Source: Squalus acanthias
Taxonomy: Eukaryota
Assembly (NCBI GenBank): GCA_030390025.1
Contig: CM059432.1
Coordinates: 47,680,001 to 47,744,000, forward strand
Length of the DNA stretch: 64,000 nucleotides
Reading direction: 5' to 3'
A program made the position numbers and the translations under genes. The notes beneath the pieces were generated by a model. That model did no database searches. It was given only the letters and a program-made list of their open reading frames with translations, and had not been told where the DNA came from. Positions 38,668-49,963 of the stretch are shown piece after piece. Numbering within the stretch: the first letter of the stretch is position 1; each line of letters opens with the position of its first letter.

Positions 38668-39271
38668 TTATATTTCTAGCTTGTAATCACGCAAATTAAA
38701 AAAAAAGGCTCCCAATTTTCTTCGGGCCTACAGGATTGCCATAACCACTTCCTACAAACATAGAAATTTGGCTCCGTAGCGCCCGATTGTTCGGCGCTTC
38801 GGGTGCTGTTTTCTGACGAAAATGGCGTCCGTGCTGCGCGCACACACTTCTGGTGCAAGCTGTGCTGGACGCCATCTTGGTGAGGACGGTAGGGCGGGCG
38901 TTAGGAGCGTGCGCCAGACGTATGTAGAGTAGGCAGATTGTGACGTCAATCAGCTTGCAACGCTGATTTGATGCCAGCACTGCCATTTTCATCCTCAACG
39001 CTGGAGCTAGCGCCCTCTGTTAACCTTGCACAGATGAACATGCGTTCAGCAGCAGCAAGGACCCCCTACCAGTGATATTTAAAGGGATCTGCAACCATTC
39101 TAAGGTTAGTTCCTGATTAATTTCTACTGGCTCTGTGTAAGTTTGTGGAAGCGTTAGGAGCTTTCTAGAGTTTTTTTTTAAAGTTGGTGAGGTGACAGAG
39201 AGTGGTGCTGCAAGTGGAGAAGGCCTTGGTTCTGACTTCAAGAGTTCTGGTCAGACCACTTGCTCCCAGTC

Positions 39272-40385
39272 ATGGGTGCTCTAGTTGTCATCCCCCTCGG
39301 CCTGCAGCATGACAGGGAGATGGAGCAGAAGCAGCAAAGAAGAGGACAAGCTGCTCAGCAGAGAGAGAAGGAGGAGGGGGTTAAGGGCTCTCAGCAGGAG
39401 GCCTTACCCACCTAGGGTCTTCAGAGAGCAATTCTCTTACCTCAGCCTGAGCCAGGAGCAGTGCGTGAGGCGTCTATACTTTACAAAGGAAGTGCTCACG
39501 GAACTCTGCCATGTCTTGCAACCAGACTTGCAGCCTCGCACAAGGGCAAGGACTGCGCTGCCAATTGCTGTGTATGTTACTATGGCCCTGAATTTCCTCG
39601 TGTCGGGATCCTTCCAGGCTGGAGCAGGCGACATCTGTAACAGCTCCCAGTTTGCCGTCCACTGCTGCGTAAGAGAGGTGACAGACGCTTTTTATGCCAG
39701 GAGATGGGACTTCATTGTCTTTTCTCTGCCAGGACAGTGGGCTTCCTCATGGTTCAGGACGCCATCGACTGCACGCACGCAGCTTTGCGGGCACTGCGTC
39801 TAAATGAGGAGATGTACAGCAACCGCAAAGGTTACCACTCGCTGAACATGCAGTTGGTGTGTGCCCATGCCAAGCACATCATGATGGTGAAAGCCCGGTA
39901 TCATGGCAGCAGTCATAATGCTTTTATTCTGTACCAGTCCGCTGTTCCCTCAGTCTTTGAGCCACCAGGGTGACTACTGGGCGACAAGGGCTATCCGCTG
40001 ACCACCTGGCTCATGACTCTGCTCTGCACCCCAACCACACGTGGGCAGCATGCGCACAATGAGAGCAATGCTGTCACATGGAATGTGATAGAGCAGACCA
40101 TTGGCGTTCTTAAATAACACTTCCACTGCCTGGACCGCTCTGGAGGAGCCCTGCAATACTCACCAGAGCGCGTCTCAAGATTCGTCATGGTCTGCTGCAT
40201 GCTCCACAACCTCGCCATCATGAGGGCACAGCCCTTGCCACCAGGTATGCGGTGACCACTGAGGATGAGGAGGAGGAAACGGAATAGGAGGAAGTGGAAG
40301 AGCAGGAAGCGGGAGGGAGGAGGCAACCCAGACAGCCCCTTTCTGCCAGGGCTGTCTGTGATCGACTTATCCTATTAGTGAATGC
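39272..40385 (+). pseudogene. Harbinger DDE transposase (HARBI1-related family), frameshifted
   Basis: LNFLVSGSFQ, DAIDCTH, NRKGYHSLNMQLVC, HGSSHNAF, LLGDKGYPL, VIEQTIG, CCMLHN, acidic tail. Confidence 0.9.
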
Positions 40386-40539
40386 AACCCCAATTCCCCA
40401 GTCAATATTTGTCCCACACCTTACCTTGTCTCTGTTACTGACCATCACAGTGTCCTCTTGGCAACAATGCTGAAATAAAAGCCACCACAAAAGAAACTTT
40501 CCAATCCAGCCTTGTGCATTCCCTTAGTGTCTGCCTTCA

Positions 40540-41280
40540 GTGTGCCTTTGCCTGTCCTAGTACTCCTATGAAGTGCTACTCCAGTGACTACAGCATGGCT
40601 GGTGGAAGGCGGCTGACTTTCAATGGGGGAGAATGCAGATGGCTTTGGAGGATGACCTCAAGCAGCTCTGGGTCTAGAAGGCCTGGCTGCGGACTGCACA
40701 ACATTGGCATGGGCGGCAGCGGTCTGGGCTGGCTGGCTGACAGGAAACAGCAAGGGCACTGGCGGAGTGGCAGTGGTGGAAGTACGAATGCTGTCATCCT
40801 GAGAAAGGACAGCAGGTTTGTGCTCCACGGAGCCACTGCCACTCCCCCGGAGTGGTGCTAATGGGGTTGCCTAGCACTTCCAAGCTGAAAGTCATGGGCT
40901 CCAAGTTCTGTGCAAAGCCCTGGACTCCTCCATGCTCCTTGACATTGCACTCAGGCTTTCTGGCAGGCTTGTCAATGCACCAAGTATTTCATTGTGGATA
41001 CCCATCAGCGTTCTTCTGTAGGCCGTCAAAGTCCTCATCTGAGTCCTCATGTGCAGCCTCACCCTCCGGGGAGCTGGCACCTGCGCTACACTTTCCCCAT
41101 GCCCTGGCTGCAGGCCACTCATGCCCGCTGACTCACCACGTGCAGATTCCGCCTGTAAGCTACCCTCTAAAGTCTGCGCAGTGCCAGTATCTGAGCTGGT
41201 GGCTGTGAGTTTCAGATCGAGTGATGGTGTCTCTTCTTCATCATCACTCTCCTCGCCCTCTTTTCTTGCACCACTGGCAG
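40540..41280 (-). pseudogene. C-terminal exon of the Harbinger partner (Myb/SANT-like) gene
   Basis: EESDDEEETPSLDL..GTAQTLEGSL..GESAGMSGLQ, homologous to exon 3 at 58136. Confidence 0.75.
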
Positions 41281-41499
41281 GGCAGGTTGGTACCTTATCA
41301 AACCCTTTCATAATTCTAAAGACCTCAATCAGGTCACCCATAATGAAGTCGATGGATAAAAAAATTGGGCGGAATATATAACTAACGGTCGCTCTGTTAC
41401 TGCCCGATTTGCACCACCACCAAAATTGAATTTCAGCCCACTGTAACCCAGTGGCTCTGCTCTCAACACTAACTAAATTTGCTTGTCCTATGACTTTAA

Positions 41500-42270
41500 G
41501 AAACAGCAATGATAAAAACTTGAAGACCTTTATTAACTGTTAATGTCCATCTATGCATCCAATATTACATCAAAAAATCAACTAATCATCCTTGTGTATT
41601 CCCTTAGAGACTGTCTTGTGTGTGCCTTTATCTATCCTAGTGATGTCACGCAGTGCTACCCCCAGTGGCTGCAGCATGGCTGGTGGAAGGCTGCTGACTT
41701 TCAGTGGGGGTCACTGCAGATGGTCTTGCAGGACGACCTGGAGGAGCTGGTGGCTGGGAGTGTCAAATCGAGTGGCAGTGTTTCTTCTTTTTCTTCACGC
41801 TCCTCTCCCTCTTCTTGGTCAAGCATTGGCTGGGCAGGCTGGATTTCTTGGGTCTCTGAAAAGAGAAAGGCATAAGGGTAGGGTTGTGGTGAGAGGAGTG
41901 GGGGAAGCAAGAGGTGCATGCTTACACCACGTGCAGCTCGTAAATCAGAAGAGATTGTGGGATGAGGGGTAAGTGGGATGTGAGAAGGAGGATTATGTAT
42001 GAGGATACCAGCACCTTGTATTCTTACAGCCCAGCCGCTGGTTTCGGGCTCAGCGATACCCTCCCAAGAATGGCCAGGAGCATCTCCTCCATGGGGGAAA
42101 AATTATGCCGGTGCGCCTGTCCCCACCGGTTAGGTGCTGTTGGCGCCGGCTGTAATCCATCTTTTCCTGCAAGAGCAAGGGAAGTGTGTCAGTGAGTGTG
42201 GTACAATGTGTTTTGGAGATATGCCTGTCATAGTTGAATAGCTGACAGTGCGTGCAAGCTGTGCAACACT
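41500..42270 (-). pseudogene. Harbinger partner-gene fragment (exon 2, intron, deleted exon 3)
   Basis: cttgcAG|EKMDYSRRQQHLTGG near 42167 and ttttcAG|TQEIQPAQP near 41856, homologous to 57824 and 58136. Confidence 0.7.
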
Positions 42271-42373
42271 CCAGCTCATGCCCTCTCTTAACCTCGCTCA
42301 CCTGAACACACATCCATCAGCAGGAAAGAGCTCCCACCAGCGCTATTTAAACGTATCATCACCCACTCACAGG

Positions 42374-42538
42374 CAATGTTCCCTTTAAGCTGCATGGCTG
42401 TGCAGCGCTCTGAAGATCCCGCGCAGCCGGTGAGCCAGCTTTTAAATCGAAAAAAATGCGCATGCGCGTAATTGTGAATGGCCCACGCAGCCTGTTAAAG
42501 GGGCCGACCGGGCCAAAAACAATTTAGAGGGAACACTG
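42374..42538. mobile_element. hAT-type MITE nested in Harbinger copy 2
   Basis: TIR caatgttccctttaa / ttagagggaacactg; 8-bp TSD ctcacagg / cttacagg. Confidence 0.85.
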
Positions 42539-42710
42539 CTTACAGGTTATTTACTGATTGATTTCCACTGGATGTTGCTATGACTCTACAAGTGTTTGGT
42601 GCTTTCTATAGTTGTTTAAAGTTGCTAAAGTCTACAGGGAGTGGTGTGGCACCTGCTAAAGGACTTTTTCTTGACTTCAAGGCCTCTATATAAACCACTT
42701 TTTGACAGAC

Positions 42711-43820
42711 ATGGGTGCACTAGTAGGAATTCCCCTTGGAATACAGCATAACTTGGTGAATGAACAGAGGGCACGCAGAGCAGGACAAGCTGCTGGAAGA
42801 GAGAGGAGGAGGAGGGGGAGTAGGGCTTTCAGCAGGAGGCCATATCCATCCAGGGTGTTCAGGGAGCAATTCTCCTACCTGAACCTCAGTGAGGAACAAT
42901 GTGTGAGATGTCTGTGATTCAGTAAGGACGTCCTCACTGAAATCTGCTACCTGCTGCAGCCACAACTGCAACCTCAGAGCAGGGCAAGGACCGCATTGCC
43001 AGTGGCTGTGAAGGTGACCGTGGCCATGAACTTTATGCGCCTGGCTCCTTCCAGGTTGGAGTTGAAGATAATTACTACACCTCGCAGTTTGCCGTCCACT
43101 GTTGCGTAAGTGAGGTCACTGACGCTCTCTATTCCAAGAGAGCTGACTACATTTCATTCTCTCTTACCAGAGACAAGTAGGCGGAGTGAGCACGTGGCTT
43201 CGCTAAGATTGCAGGCTTCCCCATGGTGCAGGTTGCCACTGACTGCACGCACATCACTTTGTAGGCGCCGCATGTCAACTCTGACATGTACCGCAACCGA
43301 AAGGGATTCCACGTCCTGAATGTCCAGCTGGTGTGCGACCATAGGCAGCGAATCATTCAGGTCAATGCCCGGTATCCTGGCAGCAGTCATGATCTCTTCA
43401 ATCTGCGCCAGTCCACTGTGCCATCTGCATTTGAGTCACCACGACAAACCAGAGGGTCACTACTCGGCGACATGGCTCATGACGCCGGCGCGCAACCCAC
43501 GCACACGTGCTCAGCATGCATACAATGAAAGCCATGCTGCCACATGAAATGTGATAGAGCAGACCACTGACGTGTTGAAACGATGCTTCTGCTGCAGTAC
43601 TCGGCAGAGCAGGTGTGAAGATTCGTGGTGGTCTGCTGCATGCTGCACAACCTTGCCATCATGAGGACACAGCCCTTGCCACCAGCTATGCGGAGACCAG
43701 CTAAGGAGCAGAAGCATGAGGAGGAGGAGGCGGAGGAGGAAGAGGAGGAGGAAGCAACCTAGACAGCCACTTTCTGGCCGGGCTGTCCGTGAAGAACTCA
43801 TCCTAGTGCGATACCAGTAA
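42711..43820 (+). pseudogene. Harbinger DDE transposase, disrupted
   Basis: MGALVGIPL..YPSRVFREQFSY, AGFPMVQVATDCTH, NRKGFHVLNVQLVCD, YPGSSHD, VCCMLHN. Confidence 0.9.
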
Positions 43821-44239
43821 ACACAACCCCAATTCCCCATTCACCAACAGTCCCACACTTTACCTTCCCTCTGTCACTGACCATCACTGGCCACAAAGCA
43901 AAAATAAAATGCAACACAAAATAACCATTCCAAACCAAATTTATAAATGAAATCATGCCATATTGCATACAAACTTAAACTAATCACCCTTGTGCATTCT
44001 CTTAGAGCCTGTCTTCCGTGAGCCTTTGCCTGTCCTAGTGCTCCTACGCAATGCTGCCTCAGTGGCTGCAGTATGGCTGGTGGGAGGCTGCAGATGGCTT
44101 GCAGGATGACCTTGAGCAGCTCTGGGCCTAGAAGGCCAGGCTGCAGATTGCACCATCTCGGCATGGGCGGCAGCAGGCGGGGCTGGGTGGCTACCAGGCA
44201 ACAGCAAGGGCACTGGTAGAGAGGACGAACGCTGTCAGC

Positions 44240-44315
44240 CATGAGCTTATTGAATTGCGGAGCAGGCTCGAGGGGCCATATGGCCTACTCCTGCTCCTAA
44301 TTCTTATGTTCTTAT
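44240..44315 (+). mobile_element. CR1 3' tail inserted in Harbinger copy 2
   Basis: atggcctactcctgctcctaattcttatgttctta. Confidence 0.7.
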
Positions 44316-44773
44316 CCTGAAAGAGCACAGCAGAGTTGTGCTCCACAGAGACACTGTTGCATGCGGCGCCTCAGCAATCCTAGTAATCTGTTGGAGGATA
44401 GATTGCTGGACTGCTGTGACACCCTGCAAGTCCCTTTGAACACTGGAAGCCAGAGGCATGATGGCAGCAGTCTGAGCATGCTTGGCAGCAAGCTAACCTG
44501 AGATGAGAGCTGTCTGAGCTTCCATTGCATTACTCAGACGTTGGCTGGCTGCTGCTTATGCCTGGGGGCGCTAACGGGAGGCGCAAAGCAACCCAATGTT
44601 TCCCCCTAAATGTTCCCTTTACACCATTATATTGCCTTCAAAGGCAAGAGCACCACCAGAGACACAACTGTATTTAAATGACCTGGTGCTGTTACTTTCA
44701 GATGCACCAAAACAATCCCTTAGCAGTAACTTTGCCTGTTTCCTGCCACCACCTGTAAACATAAGGAGCTAAT

Positions 44774-45534
44774 GGCCCAGAAATTAAACATCGATGGTTC
44801 TCGCGGGGGTAAGGATTCCCCGCGATATCGCACTCCGCGCCTACCTTTTTGTTTCGGGCCCACACGAACTTTAGTTTCAGGGCCTCTCCCTGTTGCAACC
44901 GTGCAGTGCTTGCGTGTCCCAGAGGCGCAATTAGTTCGTGCGAGCTCTGGGATCACGTGATTCAGTTAGAGCCAATGGCAGCACACCATCTTTCATTCAT
45001 AGTTTTGACAGCAAGGGCTGTCAAAGCTATGAATACTACAAGCCCCCAAAAGAACAGCTAAACCTCAATTAAATTTAAAAAAAAGCCATCACATTAATAA
45101 AATAACTATAGTTAAATAAATTAACCACTTTAAACAAAAAATTAAATTTTTGAAATAATTTAAAATCTTTTTAAAAGTTATAAAAATAAACTTACCTTTC
45201 TTTAAAGTCTCTAAAGAAGATAAACCTGTTGAAAAAAATTTAAAATACCTAATTAACTACTTACCTTGTTAAAAGGGGGTCCTACGCCTGCTTTCTTTAT
45301 GTGTAAAATCTTCACCACTTACCTGCGCGTTCAAACCTGAAAAAAAAACTAAGTGCACTGCGTGCGCGCAGCCTGTAGCGCGCACGCGGTTCACTTAGGA
45401 ACCGCCCCCTTTGCAATACACGAAGTGCCGGTTTCCCGCGCATGCGCAGTGCATGCAGGAAACCGGCAATTCGGGACCTAATACGCGAGAGTACACAGTG
45501 CGTACTCTCGCGTATTAGGTCTAATTTTCGGACC
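44774..45534. mobile_element. Harbinger-type MITE, family E
   Basis: TIR ggcccagaaatta / taattttcggacc; AAT duplicated at 44771-44773 and 45535-45537; AT-rich core. Confidence 0.8.
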
Positions 45535-46004
45535 AATATCAGTGGTACTTGGTGTATCTGCCATGTTGGGTCCTACTTCTCAGTCTGTCTCTAAAGGGGA
45601 GCAATGAGGTTTCCAAATTGCCAGTCTATACAGACTGTAGTGGAAATTACATTCAACCAAGTACACAGGGAGAAAAATGTAGTACAACATGATTTGCAAA
45701 ACTTTCAAGTCTGGTTTTCATGTTTGATGCTATCCATCATCCATTGAATGCGCACACTGGTGTGATTCCAGTTGTCATCATACATACTGTTCATACCCAC
45801 TAAGTCACCTCTTAAATTGTGATTTAATTGGTGTTTTAGTCATTACAACTATGTTTAATACAAGTAAATTCAAACCTGCTGTAATTGCATCAAAAGGAAA
45901 ATGCAAACTCGCTGTAATTGCATTACTGCTAAAATAGCTAAGTTCTCTCCAGGCACAAATCCTGTGGTAAAATTGCTGCATGAGGTTAAATAGGGAAGTA
46001 ACAA

Positions 46005-46842
46005 GGGATGGATTTTCTCAGCCCCGAGGAGGCGGGTATGGAGGCTGGACTACCGGGAAAGTTGCAGAATTTGGGGGCAGGTGGCAAACCTGCCCCCAAC
46101 CCGCCTCCGTGCCCTCTTGCCAGGAGACGGGAAGTCGTCCTGCCCTGGGTCCTGTCTGCTTGAGGCGGGAAAGGGATTAAAGCCTATTAACTGCCTGTTA
46201 ACAGGTAGTTAACAGGCAGAAAATAGGATTATCCCCATTTTTCGTTCACAAGTGCGGGCTTCCCAACCTCGGGGAACCCCGCCAGGGTGTAGGAGACGAG
46301 TAAGAGGTCTGTGGGGGTCGGAGGGGTCTGAAAGTGCGATGTAGAGGTGAATGATGGGTGCAAGTGTGGAGTGGTAAGTATGTGAAGTGAGTGTAAAGTG
46401 TTAGAAAATGTTAACTTACCTTTGTTTCTGCCTTCAGCCGCTGTGGAGCTGGAGTCCCAACACCTCCATTGTAGAGATCACAGACTGGCTGTTGGATCCT
46501 CCAATCCAACAGTCATCTGATTTCTACAAAGTAGGAAGTTTTGATGAGTCCTGAACACAAGGACTCATCAAACTACACAGAATGTCAGTGTTTGACAGCT
46601 TCACAGAGCTGTCAAATGATGACATTTCTTCTTTCAAAAATTCTTGACAGATGACACGTCATACGTTGACGTGCTCTGTCACTGACTTCCACCTAATTGG
46701 CCTGCTGAGCCCGCCGGGCGGGCTTAACAAGGTCAATCAAGGGAAGATCCTGCTGGTTGGCCAGAGGCTGATGGAGGCGGGACTGAAACCAGGCAAGCAG
46801 CAGTCCCGCCTCCAACACGTCTCCATTGAGAAAATCCAGCCC
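46005..46842. mobile_element. Harbinger-type MITE, family B
   Basis: TIR gggatggattttctca / tgagaaaatccagccc; both ends match 20080-20912 inverted. Confidence 0.75.
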
Positions 46843-48284
46843 CTGGTATTTAAACTAGTAAGGGGGAAGCAGCTGGGAAAATAATACCAACCAGAATCAG
46901 CTAATAGTGACGGGAGAAATAGAAGAGGAGAATATACAAAAAAATAAATGAGCAAGAAGGACATCAATTAACAGAAGAAAAACAAGCAAACTAGTTATGA
47001 ATGGGGAAAAGACTGATGTAAAGGCAGAGGGTACCGTAGGCAAAATAAAAGTGTTAAAAAATGCAAAAAAAAAGTTGACATGCATGTATCGCAATACACA
47101 GAGATTAGGAAATAAGTTGGGAGGAACTGGTAATTAATTACCTAAACTTAATAACACTAACATAAACCTGGCTGAAAACTAGACAAAAATGGAAAATAAA
47201 CAACTTGGGATTTAATATATTGAGGAGGGATAGAAAAGAAAGGAGGCAAAGTGTCAGTATTGGTAAAAGAGGGACTATGTGCTGTAGAGTGGGTAGATGT
47301 AGACAAGAAAAGAGTTCAGAAGGAATCAATATGGTTGGAGATAAAAACCATAGGTTTGTTACATTAGTCAGGGTACATTACAGACCTCCAAATTGTGGGA
47401 AGGAAATAGTAGAGGAAATCTGCATTCAGATCAGAGAGATGAGTAGGAACAACAACATTATTATTGTGTGAAATTTTAATTATCCACTTATCGTTTGGGA
47501 CAGAGAGGGAGTAAATGGCGAAAAGAGAAAGGAATTCCTAAAATGTGTACAGGACTCCTTCCTCAAGCAGTATGTTAGTAGGCCTACAAGGGCGGAGGCA
47601 TTGTGCTAGATCTGGTTACAACTGATGAAATAGATCAAGTAGATGAGCTAAATGTGGGTGAGCACCTTGGCAGTAGTGACCGCAATATGATAAGGTTTAA
47701 GATCCAACTAGAAAGGGAAAAATTCACTGCAAAAACACCAAACTGGATTACAGCAGATTTTAAAAAGAGGAGGGCGGAGGTAAGGTGGAAGGTTTATTTG
47801 GCACACAGGACTGTAGAACAGCAGTGGGATGTTTTTAAAGAAGAGGTTTGTAATGGTACAGAATAAGTATATTCTATTAAAAAAGGAAATGACGAGTAGT
47901 TTCAGGATACCATGGACAAATAAAAAGGTTAGAATCTGGTTAAAATTGAAGAAGAGGGCTATAAGAATAATAGTGACAAAAGCTAAAGGATAATATGAAA
48001 AAATACGAAACAAGGTTAAGAGTGGGTAAGGAAAGCTAAGAGGGAGTACGAGAAAAAAATCTAAAATATCAAAATGGACCTGTAAAGTACTTTACAAGTA
48101 TATCAGTAAAGAGAGAATTGTTAAATGAGGTGGAACCCCTGAGAAGAGAGGATTGTCCATTAGTAGATGATGACTAAAAAAATGGTAGAGGTTTTCAATA
48201 AGTACTCCGCATTGGTCTTTTCTAAAGAGAAGGATATCAGCATGGAGATGAATCCTTTTTTTTTTCGTTCATGAGAGTGGCAAA

Positions 48285-48585
48285 TGTGGGTGTCACTGGC
48301 AAGGCCAGCATTTATTGCCCATCCCTAATTTCCCTTGAGAAGGTGGTGGTGAGCCGCCTTCTTGAACCGCTGCAGTCCATGTGGTGAAAGTACTCCCATA
48401 GTGCTGTTAGGAAGAGAGTTCTAGGGTTTTGACCCAGTGATGATGAAGGAACGGCGATATATTTCCAAGTCAGGATGGTATGTGACTTGGTGGGGGAACT
48501 TGGAGGTGATGGTGTGCCTGCTGCCCTTGTCCTTCTGGGTGGTAGAGGTCGCGGGTTTGGGAGATGTTGTCGAAGAAGCCTTAGT
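48285..48585 (-). mobile_element. 3' end of the 3240-6680 LINE family
   Basis: Reverse complement of ~6350-6660. Confidence 0.85.
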
Positions 48586-48644
48586 GAGATTGAGAGCAGG
48601 ATGCGCAATATTAGGATGGATAACAGAAAGATTTTAGTTAATTT

Positions 48645-48998
48645 CATAAGCACATAAGTAATAGGAGCAGGAATAGGCCATTCGGCCCTTCGAGCCTGCT
48701 GTGCCATTCAATAAGATCATGGCTGATCTTCTGTCTCAACTCCACTTTCCTGCACTATTCCCATATCCCTTGATTCCCTTAATATTCAAAAATCTATCAA
48801 TCTCTGCCTTGAATATACTCAACGACTGAGCACCCACAGCCCTCTGGGGTAGAGAATTCCAAAGATTCACTACCCTCTGAGTGAAGAAATTTCTCATCTC
48901 AGTCCTAAATGGCCGACCCCTTATTCTGAGACTGTGACCCCGTGTTCTAGACTCCCCAGCCAGGGGAAATATCCTCCCTGCATCTACCCTGTCAAGCC
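48645..48998 (-). mobile_element. Younger CR1 3' end
   Basis: ESRTRGHSLRIRGRPFRTEMRNFFTQRVVNLWNSLP; near-identical to 54590-54873. Confidence 0.9.
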
Positions 48999-49539
48999 TA
49001 ATTTCATTTGGGTAATGGAAGACAAAGTGCCAGAGCTCAATGGGATACATCCTAGGATCCTGAAAGTGGAAATTGCTGAGGCCCTAGGAATTATATTTCA
49101 GGGTTCTGTTGATTGTGGATGTGTGCTGGAGGACTGGAGAGTGGCCAATGTAGTACCCATCTTTAAAAAGGGAAACAGAGCTAATCCAAATAATTACAGT
49201 CTAGTTAAGCGTAACATCTGTAGTAGGGAAAATTTAGAGTTTTTAATTATGGACAAAATGATCATGTATCTAGATAAAGAGAAAATAGTTAAACGTAGCC
49301 AGCACACACACAGGGATGGTGATGCTTGAAAAACTTTGTAAAATTCCTTTGAGGAGGTAACAAATATGGTACAGTACATGGGAGAAATGTAAGGGATGTA
49401 GTGTACATAAACTTTAGCAAAGCCTTTGACAGATACCATATGGGAGATTATTGGCACGCTTTCTGAGGCATGAGGATTTCTTCTTCATCTGTTCTCACAT
49501 CCTGTGGAAGTGGGAGACTGTATTAACCTGATCAGTGAC

Positions 49540-49800
49540 TTTTTGTCATGGTTGCACACATTGGGACACAAACCAGGATTCCCTAAAGTCCCAAATATGG
49601 TTATCTCATCCGTTGCACCTCTTCCAGCTGAATATCCAAAGTCTCATTATCAAAGGGTTCAATTTTAACCATGTGCCCTTGGTGAACTTTAATAATTGCT
49701 CTTCAAAGTGGCAGCAACCCTGTAGGAGCTGCTGCTCTAATGATTCACCACCATCTTCCATTCATTGTACTCCCTGCACATGTGGAAAATATGTAGGGAA
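49540..49800 (+). pseudogene. Possible highly decayed Harbinger transposase remnant
   Basis: PGFPKV and KGFNFNHVPLV in the order expected for GFPxV and KGFHSLNVQLV. Confidence 0.35.
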
Positions 49801-49831
49801 CACATGCATATTAATACAATGAGGTGCAAAA

Positions 49832-49963
49832 GCAAAATACTGTGGACGCTGGAAATCTGAAATAAAAATAGAAAATGCTGGAAATACTCAGCAGGTCAGG
49901 CAGCATCTGTGAAGAGAGAAACAAAGTTAACGTTTCAGGTCAATGACCTTTCATCAGAACTGG
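49832..49963 (-). mobile_element. Penelope-type terminal repeat
   Basis: Reverse complement of 61438-61540. Confidence 0.6.
49925..49961 (-). ncRNA. Candidate minimal hammerhead ribozyme (best preserved copy)
   Basis: AGUU-CUGAUGA-A-AGGUC-auu-GACCU-GAAAC-GUU-AACU. Confidence 0.55.

Larger units (their letters stand above)
38760..41439 (+). mobile_element. PIF/Harbinger transposon copy 1 (transposase + partial Myb-like gene)
   Basis: Transposase on +, partner-gene 3' part on -, right end attgaatttcagccc matches inverted terminus at 57027; left end degenerate. Confidence 0.85.
42290..44606 (+). mobile_element. PIF/Harbinger transposon copy 2
   Basis: Upstream region and transposase collinear with copy 1; ends in family-A terminus at 44568-44606. 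Confidence 0.8.
47080..49460 (+). mobile_element. Old CR1 LINE (endonuclease to start of RT) with nested inserts
   Basis: VHYRPPN, LDLVTT, VGEHLGSSD, GIHPRILK, EDWRVANVVPIFKKG, NFSKAFD. Confidence 0.85.

Noticed and set aside
39272..43820. Domesticated HARBI1 gene
   Set aside because: Multiple dispersed copies with stops and frameshifts plus transposon termini indicate transposon relics
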